Source: Roseibacillus sp.
GTDB taxonomy: Bacteria > Verrucomicrobiota > Verrucomicrobiia > Verrucomicrobiales > Akkermansiaceae
DNA: 64,000 nt
Assembly (NCBI GenBank): GCA_965242925.1
Contig: CBDEUM010000013.1
Location: 64,001 to 128,000 of the forward strand
Reading direction: 5' to 3'
The position numbers and the translations under genes were made by a program. The notes under the pieces were generated by a model. The model made no database searches, was not told where the DNA came from, and worked only from the letters and a program-made list of their open reading frames with translations. Below are positions 41,430-52,039 of this stretch, one piece after another. The first letter of the stretch is position 1; each line of letters opens with the position of its first letter.

Positions 41430-42017
41430 CTATCCTTTCGCTCCCTCTACCCCCGCACGCCGCAGGGAATCAGCGAGGTCCTTCAAAGTGTAATGCAGCC
41501 GGTAACCCACGTTCCCGACACTCATGCCACTGCGCTGGCTGATCTGCTTGTAATTGAGTCCTTCGAAATACTTGAGCCGGAGGAGGAGCTGGTCGCGCTC
41601 GTCGAGGTCTCCCATGAGCATGTGCAGGATCCCAGCTGCCTCCATCTTACCGAGCACATCGTCAGAGGCCTCCCGTCCCATGTCCTTCCGGCCCGCACCC
41701 ATGCCGCCATCTCCGCCCGGATTGGTCGCATCCCCGTCCCCGATGCTCTCCTGGGTGGCAGGATCGGCAAGCGTCTCGCGTTTGTTGTCGCGAATATGGT
41801 TGTAGGCCCTGTTCCTTACACAGCGAAACAGCCAGGCGCGCGGTTGCCGGACCTCGTCCCAGTGCTGATGGAGACGCAGGAAGGCGTCCTGCACCAGGTC
41901 CTCGGCAACTTCCCGGCGTCCCACCAGGCCAAACGCGTAGCGCAGAAGCGGGGTCTCCTCCGCTTCGAATACCATTTCAAGGGAAGGCTTGGGCGCCTTG
42001 GGGGGCTCAGGGGACAT
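41430..42017 (-). CDS. ECF RNA polymerase sigma-70 factor
   Basis: AEDLVQDAFLRL, AWLFRCVRNRAYNHIR, GLNYKQIS...VGNVGYRL. Start uncertain (42017-42080). Confidence 0.9.
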   Translation of the reverse strand: MSPEPPKAPKPSLEMVFEAEETPLLRYAFGLVGRREVAEDLVQDAFLRLHQHWDEVRQPRAWLFRCVRNRAYNHIRDNKRETLADPATQESIGDGDATNPGGDGGMGAGRKDMGREASDDVLGKMEAAGILHMLMGDLDERDQLLLRLKYFEGLNYKQISQRSGMSVGNVGYRLHYTLKDLADSLRRAGVEGAKG

Positions 42018-42324
42018 GGGAACCACGATGGCCACGACCACAGCCATCGACGGGAAGCATTGTAGACCTGAAACTGCCACCTGATTCCATCCTTTCTAGC
42101 CTTAAGACACTCCAAATGGACAAGCCTTGGAAAATTCCGGTCATTTTTGCCATCATTATGATCCCCAAGGCCGCAAAAAGGCCTTTCCGGAAGAACGTCC
42201 GACGGCCTGGGGGCCTGAAACAAACTCTCCCACGATGCTGAAAACAGCAGTGAATCCACGTATTCACCGGCACAAGACCCTCGACCTCCGGGCATTCCCA
42301 ACCTAAACAAATCGGCCCCCGCAG

Positions 42325-43965
42325 ATGTACTTCCTCAAGAAAATCTTTCAGCTCCGGGATAAAACCAATCCCAGCGCCGAGAAGCCGTTCCTCGACCACC
42401 TCGAGGATCTGCGGAAATGCATTACGCGTGTCGTTCTCACCCTGCTCCTTTCCACGGTGGTCTGCTTCATCTTCCGCAATGAGCTCATGGACATCATCCG
42501 GCGACCGGTTACCCAGGTTTGGGAAGAGGGACAGGAGAGTGCCTTGAAGGACACCGGGATTCTCCTCCAGGACTGGGAGAATGCCAAGAGCATCGCGGAA
42601 GGCTTTAATGAGCTGCGGCCCGAGGACCGCACCCACTACCTTGAAAATTACGAGAATCCCGAGGAGATCCTCAACAATATCCGGACCGTCAACCTCTTTC
42701 GTGCCGCCCTCACCTTCGAGAATGAGACGGAGCAACGGGAATTCATCGAATCGCACAGCGGCCTCGACGAGGCCTTGAGGAACAAGATCCTCGCCCTGAT
42801 AGAAGGCGAACCCAATCCCAAGTCCGACGCACGCGGTAAACTGGTCCTCATGCAGGCCCTCAAACCCACCGAAGGCTTCATGCTCTCCATCAAGCTCGCG
42901 TTCTTCGCGGGCATCGTGGTCTCCTTCCCCTTCCTGCTCTTCTTCATTCTGCAGTTTGTCCTGCCGGGCATGCATCAAACCGAGCGCAAGGCCCTCTGGC
43001 CCGCAATGGCCATCGGCTTCGGCCTCTTCCTCTCCGGGGTCTGCTTCTCCTACTACATCGTCCTGCCCAAGGTCCTTGAGTTCTTCCACGATTACAGCTC
43101 GGACATGGCGATCGAGAACGAGTGGCGCATCGGTTACTACATTTCTTTTGCCACCCAGTTCACCCTTATCTTCGGACTCAGCTTCGAACTCCCCGTTCTG
43201 GTCATGACCCTGGTAAAGCTGGGCATCCTCAACTGCGAAATGATGCGCCGCACCCGGGCCTACGCCATTCTGGCCATCTTCGTCATTGCCGCCCTCATCA
43301 CTCCCACCCCGGACGCCTTTACCCTCTGCCTCCTCGCAGGTCCCATGGTGATACTCTACGAGATCTGCATCTGGCTGGCCTACTTCCTGGAACGCAAGAC
43401 CTCCCGCCTTGAGGCTGAGGAAGAGAAAGAACGCATGGAACGCCTCCTTGAGATCAGGAAGCGCAAGGAGGAACTCGGCATTACAGACGAGGACGATGGA
43501 GACGATGACGACGATCCCCATGACCCCCACGAACCGGATGACCCCCACGAACCGGACGAGGGCAATGATCAGGGATTCAGCGGGGACGGTGAGAACGAAC
43601 ACGATCCCTATCACGACGAGCACGGCCACGGGACCGAGCACGACCATGAGGCGGAGGACTACCACTATCATACGGACGACGACTCCTTCCGTGCGGACCA
43701 GCATGAGGAAGGAGATCTCGGCTTCGGGGACGACGGCCACACCGGCGAGGAACCGGAGGATCAATCCGGGGAGAGCGACTCCCCGCCTGCTCACGACCGG
43801 GAGCAGCAGGGCTTCGACTTCCACGAAGAGGTCGACCCGGCCGACACCGGGGAGGAGCGGGAGAAAGAAGAGGAACATCTCGATCCCCAGCATCCCCCCG
43901 AGGAGATTCCGGACGAAGAGAGATACCGCGAACGGGACGATCCGGATAATCGCGACCAGGATTAG
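42325..43965 (+). CDS. tatC: Twin-arginine translocase subunit TatC with loop insertion and long acidic His-rich tail
   Basis: PFLDHLEDLR, PTEGF, FVLPGM...ER, FGLSFELP, ALITPTPD, LYEICI. Confidence 0.9.
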   Translation: MYFLKKIFQLRDKTNPSAEKPFLDHLEDLRKCITRVVLTLLLSTVVCFIFRNELMDIIRRPVTQVWEEGQESALKDTGILLQDWENAKSIAEGFNELRPEDRTHYLENYENPEEILNNIRTVNLFRAALTFENETEQREFIESHSGLDEALRNKILALIEGEPNPKSDARGKLVLMQALKPTEGFMLSIKLAFFAGIVVSFPFLLFFILQFVLPGMHQTERKALWPAMAIGFGLFLSGVCFSYYIVLPKVLEFFHDYSSDMAIENEWRIGYYISFATQFTLIFGLSFELPVLVMTLVKLGILNCEMMRRTRAYAILAIFVIAALITPTPDAFTLCLLAGPMVILYEICIWLAYFLERKTSRLEAEEEKERMERLLEIRKRKEELGITDEDDGDDDDDPHDPHEPDDPHEPDEGNDQGFSGDGENEHDPYHDEHGHGTEHDHEAEDYHYHTDDDSFRADQHEEGDLGFGDDGHTGEEPEDQSGESDSPPAHDREQQGFDFHEEVDPADTGEEREKEEEHLDPQHPPEEIPDEERYRERDDPDNRDQD

Positions 43966-44053
43966 GCCCGGGCGACAAGTGACCTTCCCCTCCCGGGATC
44001 CCCTTCCACCGCCTTCAATGGCCCACTGCGCTCTCGTTCCTCGAGAATCCAAA

Positions 44054-44130
44054 TGGTCGGGACGACTGGATTCGAACCAGCGACCTCCTCACCCCCAGTG
44101 AGGCGCGCTACCAAGCTGCGCCACGTCCCG
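44054..44130 (-). tRNA. tRNA-Pro (GGG)
   Basis: Minus strand CGGGACGTGGCGCAGCTTGGTAGCGCGCCTCACTGGGGGTGAGGAGGTCGCTGGTTCGAATCCAGTCGTCCCGACCA: cloverleaf, anticodon GGG, encoded CCA. Confidence 0.96.
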
Positions 44131-44231
44131 ATGTTGGCTAATTTGGATGGGGCCAAGAGCCGCGCGCTGTGTAACCTGCCGCATTCGGCATTGGCAAGCC
44201 GCGATTTTCCTGCCATGTCCACCCGTTCATC

Positions 44232-45269
44232 ATGGAAGCCACCAAGGTCGCCATCCTGGGCGGAAGCGGCTATACCGGAATGGAGCTCGTCAGGCTCCTT
44301 CTGGGCCATCCCGCAGCGCAGATCACCGCCGCCACGTCCCGCAGCAATGCCGGAAGACGGATCGAGGAGGTATTCCCCAGGTTTTCCCAACTCCCAGGCA
44401 GCCAACTTCCCTTCATCGAACCCGATATGGAGGCGGTGGTGGCGAGCGGTGCTACTATTGCCTTTCTTGCCCTCCCTCATGGAGCAGCTGCGCAATATGC
44501 CACCGAATTGCTCGAAAAGGGCCTGCGCGTGATCGACCTGAGCGCCGACTTCAGACTGCGTGAAGCAGCCACATACGAGGACTTTTACGGCGAAACGCAC
44601 CCGGCGCCGGACCTCCTCACAACGGCGGTCTACGGACTGCCCGAAGTCCATGGGGAGGCCATTGCCGCCGCCCGTCTGGTGGCTTCTCCCGGTTGCTATC
44701 CCACCTCCATCCTGCTCCCCCTCATCCCGCTCCTGCGCGAGGGGTTGATTGACCCCGCCACCATCGTGGCGAACTCCCTGAGCGGAGTGAGCGGTGCCGG
44801 ACGCAAGTCCGACCTCGCCCTCCTTTTCGTGGAGTGCAACGAAAGCATGCGCGCCTACGGCCTTCCCAGGCACCGCCACCTGTCCGAAATCGAACAGGAG
44901 CTTTCCGCCGCCGCCCGAAAGAGCGTCACCATCACCTTCGTCCCCCATCTCATCCCTGTGAACAACGGGATCTGCACCACCACCACCGCGATGCTGCAGG
45001 GAGACCTCGCAAGCGTGGAACACGCCCTCCGTTCCACTTATGAAAACAGTTCTTTCGTTCGCTTGCTCGGAACAGGGGCCTGCCCTGATACTAAGAATGT
45101 GACCCACACGAACTTCATCGACATCGGCTGGCAACACGATGAACGCACTGGCCGGCTTCTCTTGCTGAGTGCGGAAGACAACCTTGGAAAGGGAGCGGCG
45201 GGTCAGGCCGTGCAAAGTTTTAATATCATGACCGGATTGCCGGATATGACGGGCCTGGGAACAGTTTAA
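44232..45269 (+). CDS. argC: N-acetyl-gamma-glutamyl-phosphate reductase
   Basis: GGSGYTG, LALPHG, DLSADFRL, SPGCYPT, SGVSGAG, DNLGKGAAGQAVQ. Confidence 0.96.
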   Translation: MEATKVAILGGSGYTGMELVRLLLGHPAAQITAATSRSNAGRRIEEVFPRFSQLPGSQLPFIEPDMEAVVASGATIAFLALPHGAAAQYATELLEKGLRVIDLSADFRLREAATYEDFYGETHPAPDLLTTAVYGLPEVHGEAIAAARLVASPGCYPTSILLPLIPLLREGLIDPATIVANSLSGVSGAGRKSDLALLFVECNESMRAYGLPRHRHLSEIEQELSAAARKSVTITFVPHLIPVNNGICTTTTAMLQGDLASVEHALRSTYENSSFVRLLGTGACPDTKNVTHTNFIDIGWQHDERTGRLLLLSAEDNLGKGAAGQAVQSFNIMTGLPDMTGLGTV

Positions 45270-45287
45270 GGAGAAAGGAACGAACGG

Positions 45288-46532
45288 TTGGCGATAGCCT
45301 TCAAGAAAGTGAAAGGCGGCGTGTGCTCCCCGATCGGATTTTCGGGCGGCGCGGTAAGCTGCGGGATCAAGGATCCGGGAAATCCGCGCCTCGACCTCGC
45401 TCTCATTTACTCCAACCACCCCTGCGTCTCGGCCGGAACGTTCACCTCCAACCGGGTAAAGGCTGCACCGGTAAAGGTCACCCAGGCTCACCTCCGCACC
45501 CGTGAACTACGGGCCATCGTGGCCAACAGCGGCAACGCCAATGCCTGCACCGGGATCCCGGGGATTGAGGACGCCCGGACCATGGCCAAGGCGGTGGCCA
45601 CCACCCTGGACCTCCGGCAGCGCGAAGTGGGCGTATGCTCTACCGGAGTGATCGGCCTGCCGCTGCCAATGGACCGGATGAAGACGGGACTGGCCGGACT
45701 GGCCGATCACCTCAGCGCCAGGGGAGGCTCCGAGGTGGCCAGGGCCATCATGACGAGCGACACCACCGTGAAGGAGATCGCCATCAGCGCCACCGTGGGC
45801 GGAAGGAAGGTGCGCATCGGCGCCTGTGCCAAGGGGGCCGGCATGATCTGCCCGAGCATGGCCACCATGCTCTGCTTCGTCACCACGGATGCCAACATCA
45901 GCAAGGCCTGCCTGCAGAAGACTCTCCTGGAAGCGGTGGAGGGATCCTTCAACCGCATCTGTATCGACGGTGACATGAGCACCAACGACACGGTCCTGCT
46001 ACTGGCCAACGGACAATCCGGAGGCAAGCCCATCGCCCGTGGCAGCAAGGCCTGCCGCGAATTCAGCGAAGCCCTCCAGCATGTGCTCCTGGAACTTGCC
46101 AAGGCCTGCGTGCGCGACGGCGAACGCGTAAGCAAATTCGTCACCCTCGAAGTAGTCGGCGCATCCGTTTATCACGACGCCAAGAAGGTCGCGGAAGCGA
46201 TTGCCAAGTCAGCTCTCGTCAAGTCGTCCTGGAACGGCGACGACCCGAACTGGGGCCGCATCATCCACGCCATCGGTTACTCCAGGGCCCGCATCCGGGA
46301 AGAACTCATCGACATTTCCTATGATGGCAAACCGGCCTGCGAAGGTGGCCTGATGGCCAGGACTCCCATCAGGACCCTGCGGGACATTGCGGCCAAAAAC
46401 AGCTTCACCATCACGGTGAACCTCCATCTTGGCAAGGCCGACTATACCATCTATACCAGCGATATTTCCCCGGAGTACATCGATTTCAATCGCAGCGAGT
46501 ACTCTTACTGGAAGAATGCAGGAGTGGATTAG
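45288..46532 (+). CDS. argJ: Bifunctional glutamate N-acetyltransferase / ornithine acetyltransferase
   Basis: NSGNANACTG, STGVIG, AIMTSDT, KGAGMICPSMATML, DGDMSTND, DPNWGRI. Confidence 0.96.
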   Translation: MAIAFKKVKGGVCSPIGFSGGAVSCGIKDPGNPRLDLALIYSNHPCVSAGTFTSNRVKAAPVKVTQAHLRTRELRAIVANSGNANACTGIPGIEDARTMAKAVATTLDLRQREVGVCSTGVIGLPLPMDRMKTGLAGLADHLSARGGSEVARAIMTSDTTVKEIAISATVGGRKVRIGACAKGAGMICPSMATMLCFVTTDANISKACLQKTLLEAVEGSFNRICIDGDMSTNDTVLLLANGQSGGKPIARGSKACREFSEALQHVLLELAKACVRDGERVSKFVTLEVVGASVYHDAKKVAEAIAKSALVKSSWNGDDPNWGRIIHAIGYSRARIREELIDISYDGKPACEGGLMARTPIRTLRDIAAKNSFTITVNLHLGKADYTIYTSDISPEYIDFNRSEYSYWKNAGVD

Positions 46533-46577
46533 CACCCCATCTCCGGACGGATTTCGCTTCACTCGCCCGGGAGCCGG

Positions 46578-47387
46578 CTATGCTGGACGAACAGCACAGA
46601 ATCCATCCTTCCAGCTCACCCTGACCTCCACCCCGTAGCAGGCACTCAGTTGCTCCGGGGTGAGAATCTGGCGCTTCCTTCCATCGGCCAGGATCCGCCC
46701 CTTCTTCATCAGGACCACCCGGTCGATCTCGGGAGGAATTTCGCGCACATCGTGGGTGACGAGCATGACTCCCGTCCCGTTCCGCATGAGTGCGCGCACC
46801 ACCTCAATCAGATCCCAGGCCCCCGGAAGATCCAGGGAGGTGGTGGGCTCGTCGAAGATGAGCATCTCGGGTTCGTGCACGAGGGACCGGGCCAGGAGGA
46901 ACCGGCGGCGTTCACCGGAAGAGAGATCGCCATAGTCCCGCCACATCAGTTCGTGCACGCCCGCCGCCTTCATGGCCCTCCAGGCCCTGCGCTTCTCCGC
47001 CGCCGTGAACGTCTGGCCCCGCGTGATCCCGTAGGTCCCGTGCAATCCGGTGAGCACCACGTCGCTGGCCAGTTCGTCGTCGGCAAAGAGGCCATGCTGC
47101 TCCGGAGTGACCACCCCGATGTGCTCGCGCAGATCGTAAAGCGACCAGTAGTCCTCTCCGAAAAGCCGCGAACTGCCCTGGTCCGCAACAGGATGAATAT
47201 CCCCCGAGATCAGCGCCAGAAGCGTACTCTTGCCCGCACCGTTGGGGCCGAGGACAGCAACCTTCTCCCCGGTTTCGATCCGCAGGGACAGCCCGTCAAA
47301 AACCTTGTTGTCACCACGCCACACCGTGACGTTCTCCAACTCAAGCACAGGCGAACCCACCGCATGACCTCCTGCCCAGTTCACCAA
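46578..47387 (-). CDS. ABC transporter ATP-binding protein (ModF-like)
   Basis: GPNGAGKS, LSSGE, IFDEPTTSLD, LVTHDVREIP. Confidence 0.88.
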   Translation of the reverse strand: MVNWAGGHAVGSPVLELENVTVWRGDNKVFDGLSLRIETGEKVAVLGPNGAGKSTLLALISGDIHPVADQGSSRLFGEDYWSLYDLREHIGVVTPEQHGLFADDELASDVVLTGLHGTYGITRGQTFTAAEKRRAWRAMKAAGVHELMWRDYGDLSSGERRRFLLARSLVHEPEMLIFDEPTTSLDLPGAWDLIEVVRALMRNGTGVMLVTHDVREIPPEIDRVVLMKKGRILADGRKRQILTPEQLSACYGVEVRVSWKDGFCAVRPA

Positions 47388-47553
47388 CCATGTTCCTTCT
47401 CATCATTCCACCTCTGGACTAGCTTTATGGTGAATGTCCGGACCCAGGCAACCGCAAAGCGTCCCGGGAGCTCTTTCCGAAGCCCTTCCTCCCCTTCGTC
47501 CCTGAATGATGACCTCGGTGGAATCCGCCATCTCATTCCGGCCCAGGCGCACT

Positions 47554-48864
47554 CTACCGGTCCCCCACCCGCTCCGAGATGCGGTCGAACTCACGCGCTG
47601 CAAACCTCAATACCAGATCCTCAAGGGCCTTATTCTTCAGGCGCGAAATCGACTCCACGCTGAATCCCTGCGCCACCAGCTGCCTGGCAATGTGCGGTTT
47701 GATGCCCCGGGCACGGAGATAGAAGATCTCACCTTCATCTATCATGGTCGAAGTGCTCCCGTGGGAGCACTTCACCTGGTCCGCGTTAATCTCCAGTCCG
47801 GGCATGGAATTTGCCTCTGCCGCCTCACTCATGAGCAGGTTGCGACAGGTCTGGTAGGCATCGGTCTGGTGCGCTCCGTCATCGACCAGGATGAGACCGG
47901 AAAAGACGGTTCGGCTCCCGCCGTAAAGCGTGTTCTTGTAGAGGAGATCAGAGTAGCTGCGCGCGCTGGCGTGATGCTGGAAGGTGCGCTGATCATACTC
48001 CTGCTTATCCCGTGCAATGCTCACCGAGAGCATGTCGGAACGGGCATTCTCTCCCTCCAGGCAACTGCGGGATTCCTGCCGGGCCCAGGCCGCCCCCGCA
48101 TTCAGGATGAATGATTTGGAGGTGGCATCGCGGGCAACGGTGGTGTTGCCCACCTGGATCATCCGGGCCTGGTCACAGAGGTCCTGCAGGGCCAGATACG
48201 TCAGTTGCGATCCCGGACCTGCCACCATGTCATTGACCGCGATGGTCCAGGAATTTCGGGCTCTGGTATCGGACTGAAAATAGTCGATCACCGTGACCCG
48301 GGCATTCCTGCCGGTCACCACCAGACTGTGAGGGAACGTGATGACGTGGTCGCCGGCAAGCCAGTGAAAGATCTCGATGGGATTCTCCACCACCACTCCA
48401 TCCGGCACGTAGATGAACATCCCGGAGGAGACGTGAGCCCGGTGAAGGGCGGCAAACTTGGCCGAGCCCAGTTGGTGATCGGACTTCATGAAATACTCCT
48501 GCACGAGGTCGGAGTGTTTTTCCAGGGCATGCCGCAGGGGCAGGCAAATGACCCCCTCGGGAAGATTGAGTTCCTGCTCGTTCAACCCGTCATTGAAGAA
48601 TCCTACCCGCGCCGCACGGTTCTCCAGTCCGCTGGCTCCGCGGTGCACCCCCATCGACTGCGGATCAGGAAGTTGTGCCCTCTCGAAGTCGAGATGCCCT
48701 AGGCTGGCAAAACGCCATTCCTCATCCCTGCGGGTCGGCATGGGCAACTCCTGAAAGCGGGCCCATCCGGCCTGCCGGGAGGCATTAAACCAGTCCGGCA
48801 CTCCGTCCAGCGGCCCTGGCGCCCGTTCCAGGGCGTTCCCTCGATCCAATATCGCTGTCATCAA
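47554..48864 (-). CDS. sufD: Fe-S cluster assembly protein SufD
   Basis: PTRRDEEWRF, PGLEINADQVKCSHG, FYLRARGI. Confidence 0.93.
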   Translation of the reverse strand: MMTAILDRGNALERAPGPLDGVPDWFNASRQAGWARFQELPMPTRRDEEWRFASLGHLDFERAQLPDPQSMGVHRGASGLENRAARVGFFNDGLNEQELNLPEGVICLPLRHALEKHSDLVQEYFMKSDHQLGSAKFAALHRAHVSSGMFIYVPDGVVVENPIEIFHWLAGDHVITFPHSLVVTGRNARVTVIDYFQSDTRARNSWTIAVNDMVAGPGSQLTYLALQDLCDQARMIQVGNTTVARDATSKSFILNAGAAWARQESRSCLEGENARSDMLSVSIARDKQEYDQRTFQHHASARSYSDLLYKNTLYGGSRTVFSGLILVDDGAHQTDAYQTCRNLLMSEAAEANSMPGLEINADQVKCSHGSTSTMIDEGEIFYLRARGIKPHIARQLVAQGFSVESISRLKNKALEDLVLRFAAREFDRISERVGDR

Positions 48865-48902
48865 ATTCGGTCCATTGAAAACTGAACAGGAAACATGGGG
48901 CG

Positions 48903-50330
48903 CTATCCCACACTCCCTTCCATCTCCAACTCGATGAGACGCTTGAGTTCCACCGAGTACTCCATCGGGAACTCCCGCACCAGGTCATTGACGAAGCCGT
49001 TCACCGCCAAGCTCATGGCCTCGCCCTCACTCAATCCCCGTTGCTGCAGGTAGAACAACATTTCCTCGGAAACCTGAGAAACGCTCGCCTCGTGCTGGGT
49101 GGCGTGCTGGTTGCCCCGCACCGTGATGGCCGGGTAGGTATCCGTCCGGCTGTTGGTGTTGATCAGCAGGGCATCGCACTCCGTGTTGTTCCGACAACCC
49201 TTAAGGTGTTTGGGAATGTGAACCTGACCGCGGTAGGTCGAACGCCCCTCGCCCACCGAGATCGACTTGGAAACAACGTTGGAGGTCGTCTCGTCGGCAG
49301 CGTGAATCATCTTGGCCCCGGTATCCTGGTGCTGCCCTGAATTGGCGAGGGCAATCGAGATCACCTCGCCCCGCGCCCTGCGGCCCTTCATGACGACTCC
49401 GGGATACTTCATCGTGAGCCGGCTCCCGATGTTGCAATCGATCCAGCGCACTTCTGCGTTCTCGTGTGCGATCCCGCGCTTGGTCACCAGATTGAATACA
49501 TTGTCACTCCAGTTCTGCACGGTAATATACTGCAACTTGGCGTCCTTCATGGCCACCAGCTCAACCACCGCCGAGTGCAGGGTAGCGGTCTCGAACTTGG
49601 GGGCGGTACAGCCCTCCATATAAGTCAATTCCGAACCCTCGTCACAGATGATGAGGGTACGCTCAAACTGACCGAAGTTTTCGGAATTGATCCGGAAGTA
49701 GGCCTGCAGCGGATGCCGCACCTTCACTCCCTTCGGCACGTAGATGAACGACCCCCCCGAAAAGACCGCGCTGTTGAGAGCCGAAAACTTGTTGTCTCCG
49801 GTGGGAATCACCTTGCCGAACCACGGCCGGAAGATTTCCTCGTATTCCTTCAGGCCTTCCGTCGAGTTGACGAAGATGACCCCATCCTTTTCGATTTCCT
49901 CCTTCACGTTGGAGTAGGCCGCCTCGGAATCATACTGAGCCTCTACTCCCGCCAGAAAGGCCCTTTCCTGCTCCGGGATACCCAGACGCTCAAAGGTCTC
50001 CTTGATATCGTCGGGCACCTCGTCCCAGCTCCGGGTCGGCTTCGCCCCATCCGAAAGATAGTAGCGAATGATGTCGAAATCGATGTTCTCGAGATCCTTG
50101 GTGGCCCAGTGCGTGGGCATGGGTTTGGCCAGGAAGGTTTTGAGAGCCCTGTGCCGGAACTTCCGGACCCAGTCCGGATCCTCCTTCACATCGCAGATAT
50201 AGTCGATGGTGGCCGGGCTTAACCCGCGACCCGCATCATATTTGTGCGACTCGGGGTAGGAAAAGTCCCCCTTGCTCTGGTCGATATCAATCGCCACCTG
50301 TGTTCCGGAATCTAAGACTGCTTCACTCAT
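48903..50330 (-). CDS. sufB: Fe-S cluster assembly protein SufB
   Basis: [40 protein letters not shown]...EGSVG. Confidence 0.97.
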   Translation of the reverse strand: MSEAVLDSGTQVAIDIDQSKGDFSYPESHKYDAGRGLSPATIDYICDVKEDPDWVRKFRHRALKTFLAKPMPTHWATKDLENIDFDIIRYYLSDGAKPTRSWDEVPDDIKETFERLGIPEQERAFLAGVEAQYDSEAAYSNVKEEIEKDGVIFVNSTEGLKEYEEIFRPWFGKVIPTGDNKFSALNSAVFSGGSFIYVPKGVKVRHPLQAYFRINSENFGQFERTLIICDEGSELTYMEGCTAPKFETATLHSAVVELVAMKDAKLQYITVQNWSDNVFNLVTKRGIAHENAEVRWIDCNIGSRLTMKYPGVVMKGRRARGEVISIALANSGQHQDTGAKMIHAADETTSNVVSKSISVGEGRSTYRGQVHIPKHLKGCRNNTECDALLINTNSRTDTYPAITVRGNQHATQHEASVSQVSEEMLFYLQQRGLSEGEAMSLAVNGFVNDLVREFPMEYSVELKRLIELEMEGSVG

Positions 50331-50354
50331 GATCTTCTCCCTTCATTCCCAGAT

Positions 50355-51110
50355 TTATCCCGCCACCGGCACTTCTTCCTTCAGGAAGTCGTAGCCCTTC
50401 TGCTCGAGCTCAAGGGCCAGCTCCTTGCTGCCACTGCGCACGATCTGGCCGTCCGCCAGTACGTGCACGTAATCCGGTTCAATATAGTCTAGCAGGCGCT
50501 GATAGTGGGTAATGACCAGAAAACCGCGTCCCGGCGAACGCATTGAGTTCACCCCGCTCGCCACCACCTTCAGGGCGTCGATGTCGAGACCGGAGTCGGT
50601 CTCGTCCATCACGCAATAGCCCGGCTCCAGCATCATCATCTGGAGCACTTCGTTGCGTTTCTTTTCGCCCCCCGAAAAACCTTCGTTAACCGAACGCGAG
50701 GTGAACCGCCGATCGATTCCCAGTTGGTCCATCTTCTCGTAGAGTTCCTTGTAGTAGACCACCGCATCAATCTCCTCGCCCTCCGGAAGACGCGCCTGGC
50801 GGGCAGCGCGGATGAAATTTGCCATGGTAACCCCCGGGACTTCCGCAGGGTACTGGAAAGCCAGAAAAAGCCCGGCCCGGCTCCGCTCGTCAATCCCGAG
50901 ATCGAGAAGATCCTCCCCATCCATGGTGACCGTCCCCCCCGTCACCTCGTAGTCCTCATGGCCGGCGATGACCTTGGCGAGGGTGGACTTGCCGGACCCG
51001 TTCGGTCCCATGAGCGCGTGTACTTCGCCGGCGGGAACTTCAAGGCTCAGGCCCTTGAGAATATCGTTGCCGTCAATGGCGGCTTGGAGATTTGTGATAA
51101 CCAGACTCAT
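50355..51110 (-). CDS. sufC: Fe-S cluster assembly ATPase SufC
   Basis: [47 protein letters not shown]. Confidence 0.97.
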   Translation of the reverse strand: MSLVITNLQAAIDGNDILKGLSLEVPAGEVHALMGPNGSGKSTLAKVIAGHEDYEVTGGTVTMDGEDLLDLGIDERSRAGLFLAFQYPAEVPGVTMANFIRAARQARLPEGEEIDAVVYYKELYEKMDQLGIDRRFTSRSVNEGFSGGEKKRNEVLQMMMLEPGYCVMDETDSGLDIDALKVVASGVNSMRSPGRGFLVITHYQRLLDYIEPDYVHVLADGQIVRSGSKELALELEQKGYDFLKEEVPVAG

Positions 51111-51144
51111 CTTAAACTGGGCAGGAATAGGAGCAGGATGAAAA

Positions 51145-51588
51145 TCAGGACCCTTTGGGGAGGAATCCGCGGATTGTGAGCTCCAGCTCGCTCACCTCAG
51201 CGCCATTCGGCAGATCGAGGACATCAGTAATCTGGCAGCCATCCTTGAATGAAAGATCGTGAATCACTCCTGACTTCTTATCCTGGAAGTGGACATGGGG
51301 TGTCAGATTCACGCAGAAACGAGATGGCTCACGGTCGAAGTTTACCCGATTGATCAGCCCGTGGTCCACCAGGGCATCCAAGCAGTTGTATACCGTGGCC
51401 AGGGAGATACTGGGCATGTCTGCCTGAACCCGCCCAAAGACCTCGTTGGCAGTAGGATGGTCCCGGTTGTGGAGAAGGACACTGTAAACCTCCCGTCGCT
51501 GCTTCGTCATACGGAGCCCCTGCAGTTCGGGAGGGATCTCCTTCGCCGCAGTCGGTAGCGCTTCACCATCGTTGCCCAACATGCCCAC
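51145..51588 (-). CDS. Fur-family transcriptional regulator (PerR/Irr-like)
   Basis: RMTKQR, HPTANEV, SLATVYN, PHVHF; lacks CxxC motifs. Confidence 0.9.
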   Translation of the reverse strand: MGMLGNDGEALPTAAKEIPPELQGLRMTKQRREVYSVLLHNRDHPTANEVFGRVQADMPSISLATVYNCLDALVDHGLINRVNFDREPSRFCVNLTPHVHFQDKKSGVIHDLSFKDGCQITDVLDLPNGAEVSELELTIRGFLPKGS

Positions 51589-51599
51589 AAGCTAGGTGG

Positions 51600-51645
51600 T
51601 TGAGACCAGTTCTCAAGACATAATTAGAACTATTCTAATTATGTC
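51600..51645. promoter_or_regulatory. Tandem Fur-family operator sites upstream of fur-sufCBD
   Basis: TTGAGA-CCAGT-TCTCAA (51600-51616) abutting a perfect 13-3-13 palindrome GACATAATTAGAA-CTA-TTCTAATTATGTC (51617-51645). Confidence 0.8.
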
Positions 51646-52039
51646 GGGGTGAGAAATGAGATTCTGCCGTATCGGTAGTGGGATGGGGTGGTCATAACGG
51701 GGAATTCCTGTCCCTGGGGTTCGTTACCGCAGAATGCATGGCGGCCACCGGACTCTTTGGAGCCGCACTCTCCCCCATCCCGATGGCTGAAAAATCGGGA
51801 AGGGGGAGGGATCGCAGGGACGGACCTGCCTGACCTGTCTGACCGCCCGGGAGCTCGTCAACATGATCTCGGGTCGCCCTGCGCTCTACCACTGTTGCTC
51901 TGATCATCCTCCCCATTGACCCACCCATCATTGAAGCCACTCATCTCATCTCGGGGGATGGGCTGAATCTCCGCCCTCATCGCTCTCCTTCCAGCCATCG
52001 CCACCACCTGCCTCAGCTCCTTTTCTGCGGCCCGGAGGG

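Noticed and set aside
42007..44052. Long antisense ORFs (this 681-aa one, also 5108-6658, 14541-15842, 21947-23491, 25069-26448, 57916-59295)
   Set aside because: Shadow ORFs opposite well-supported genes, expected in high-GC DNA; no recognisable motifs.
44054..44130. tRNA as tRNA-Sec or as an integration site
   Set aside because: 77 nt, GGG anticodon and short variable arm identify tRNA-Pro; no duplicated 3' end found nearby.
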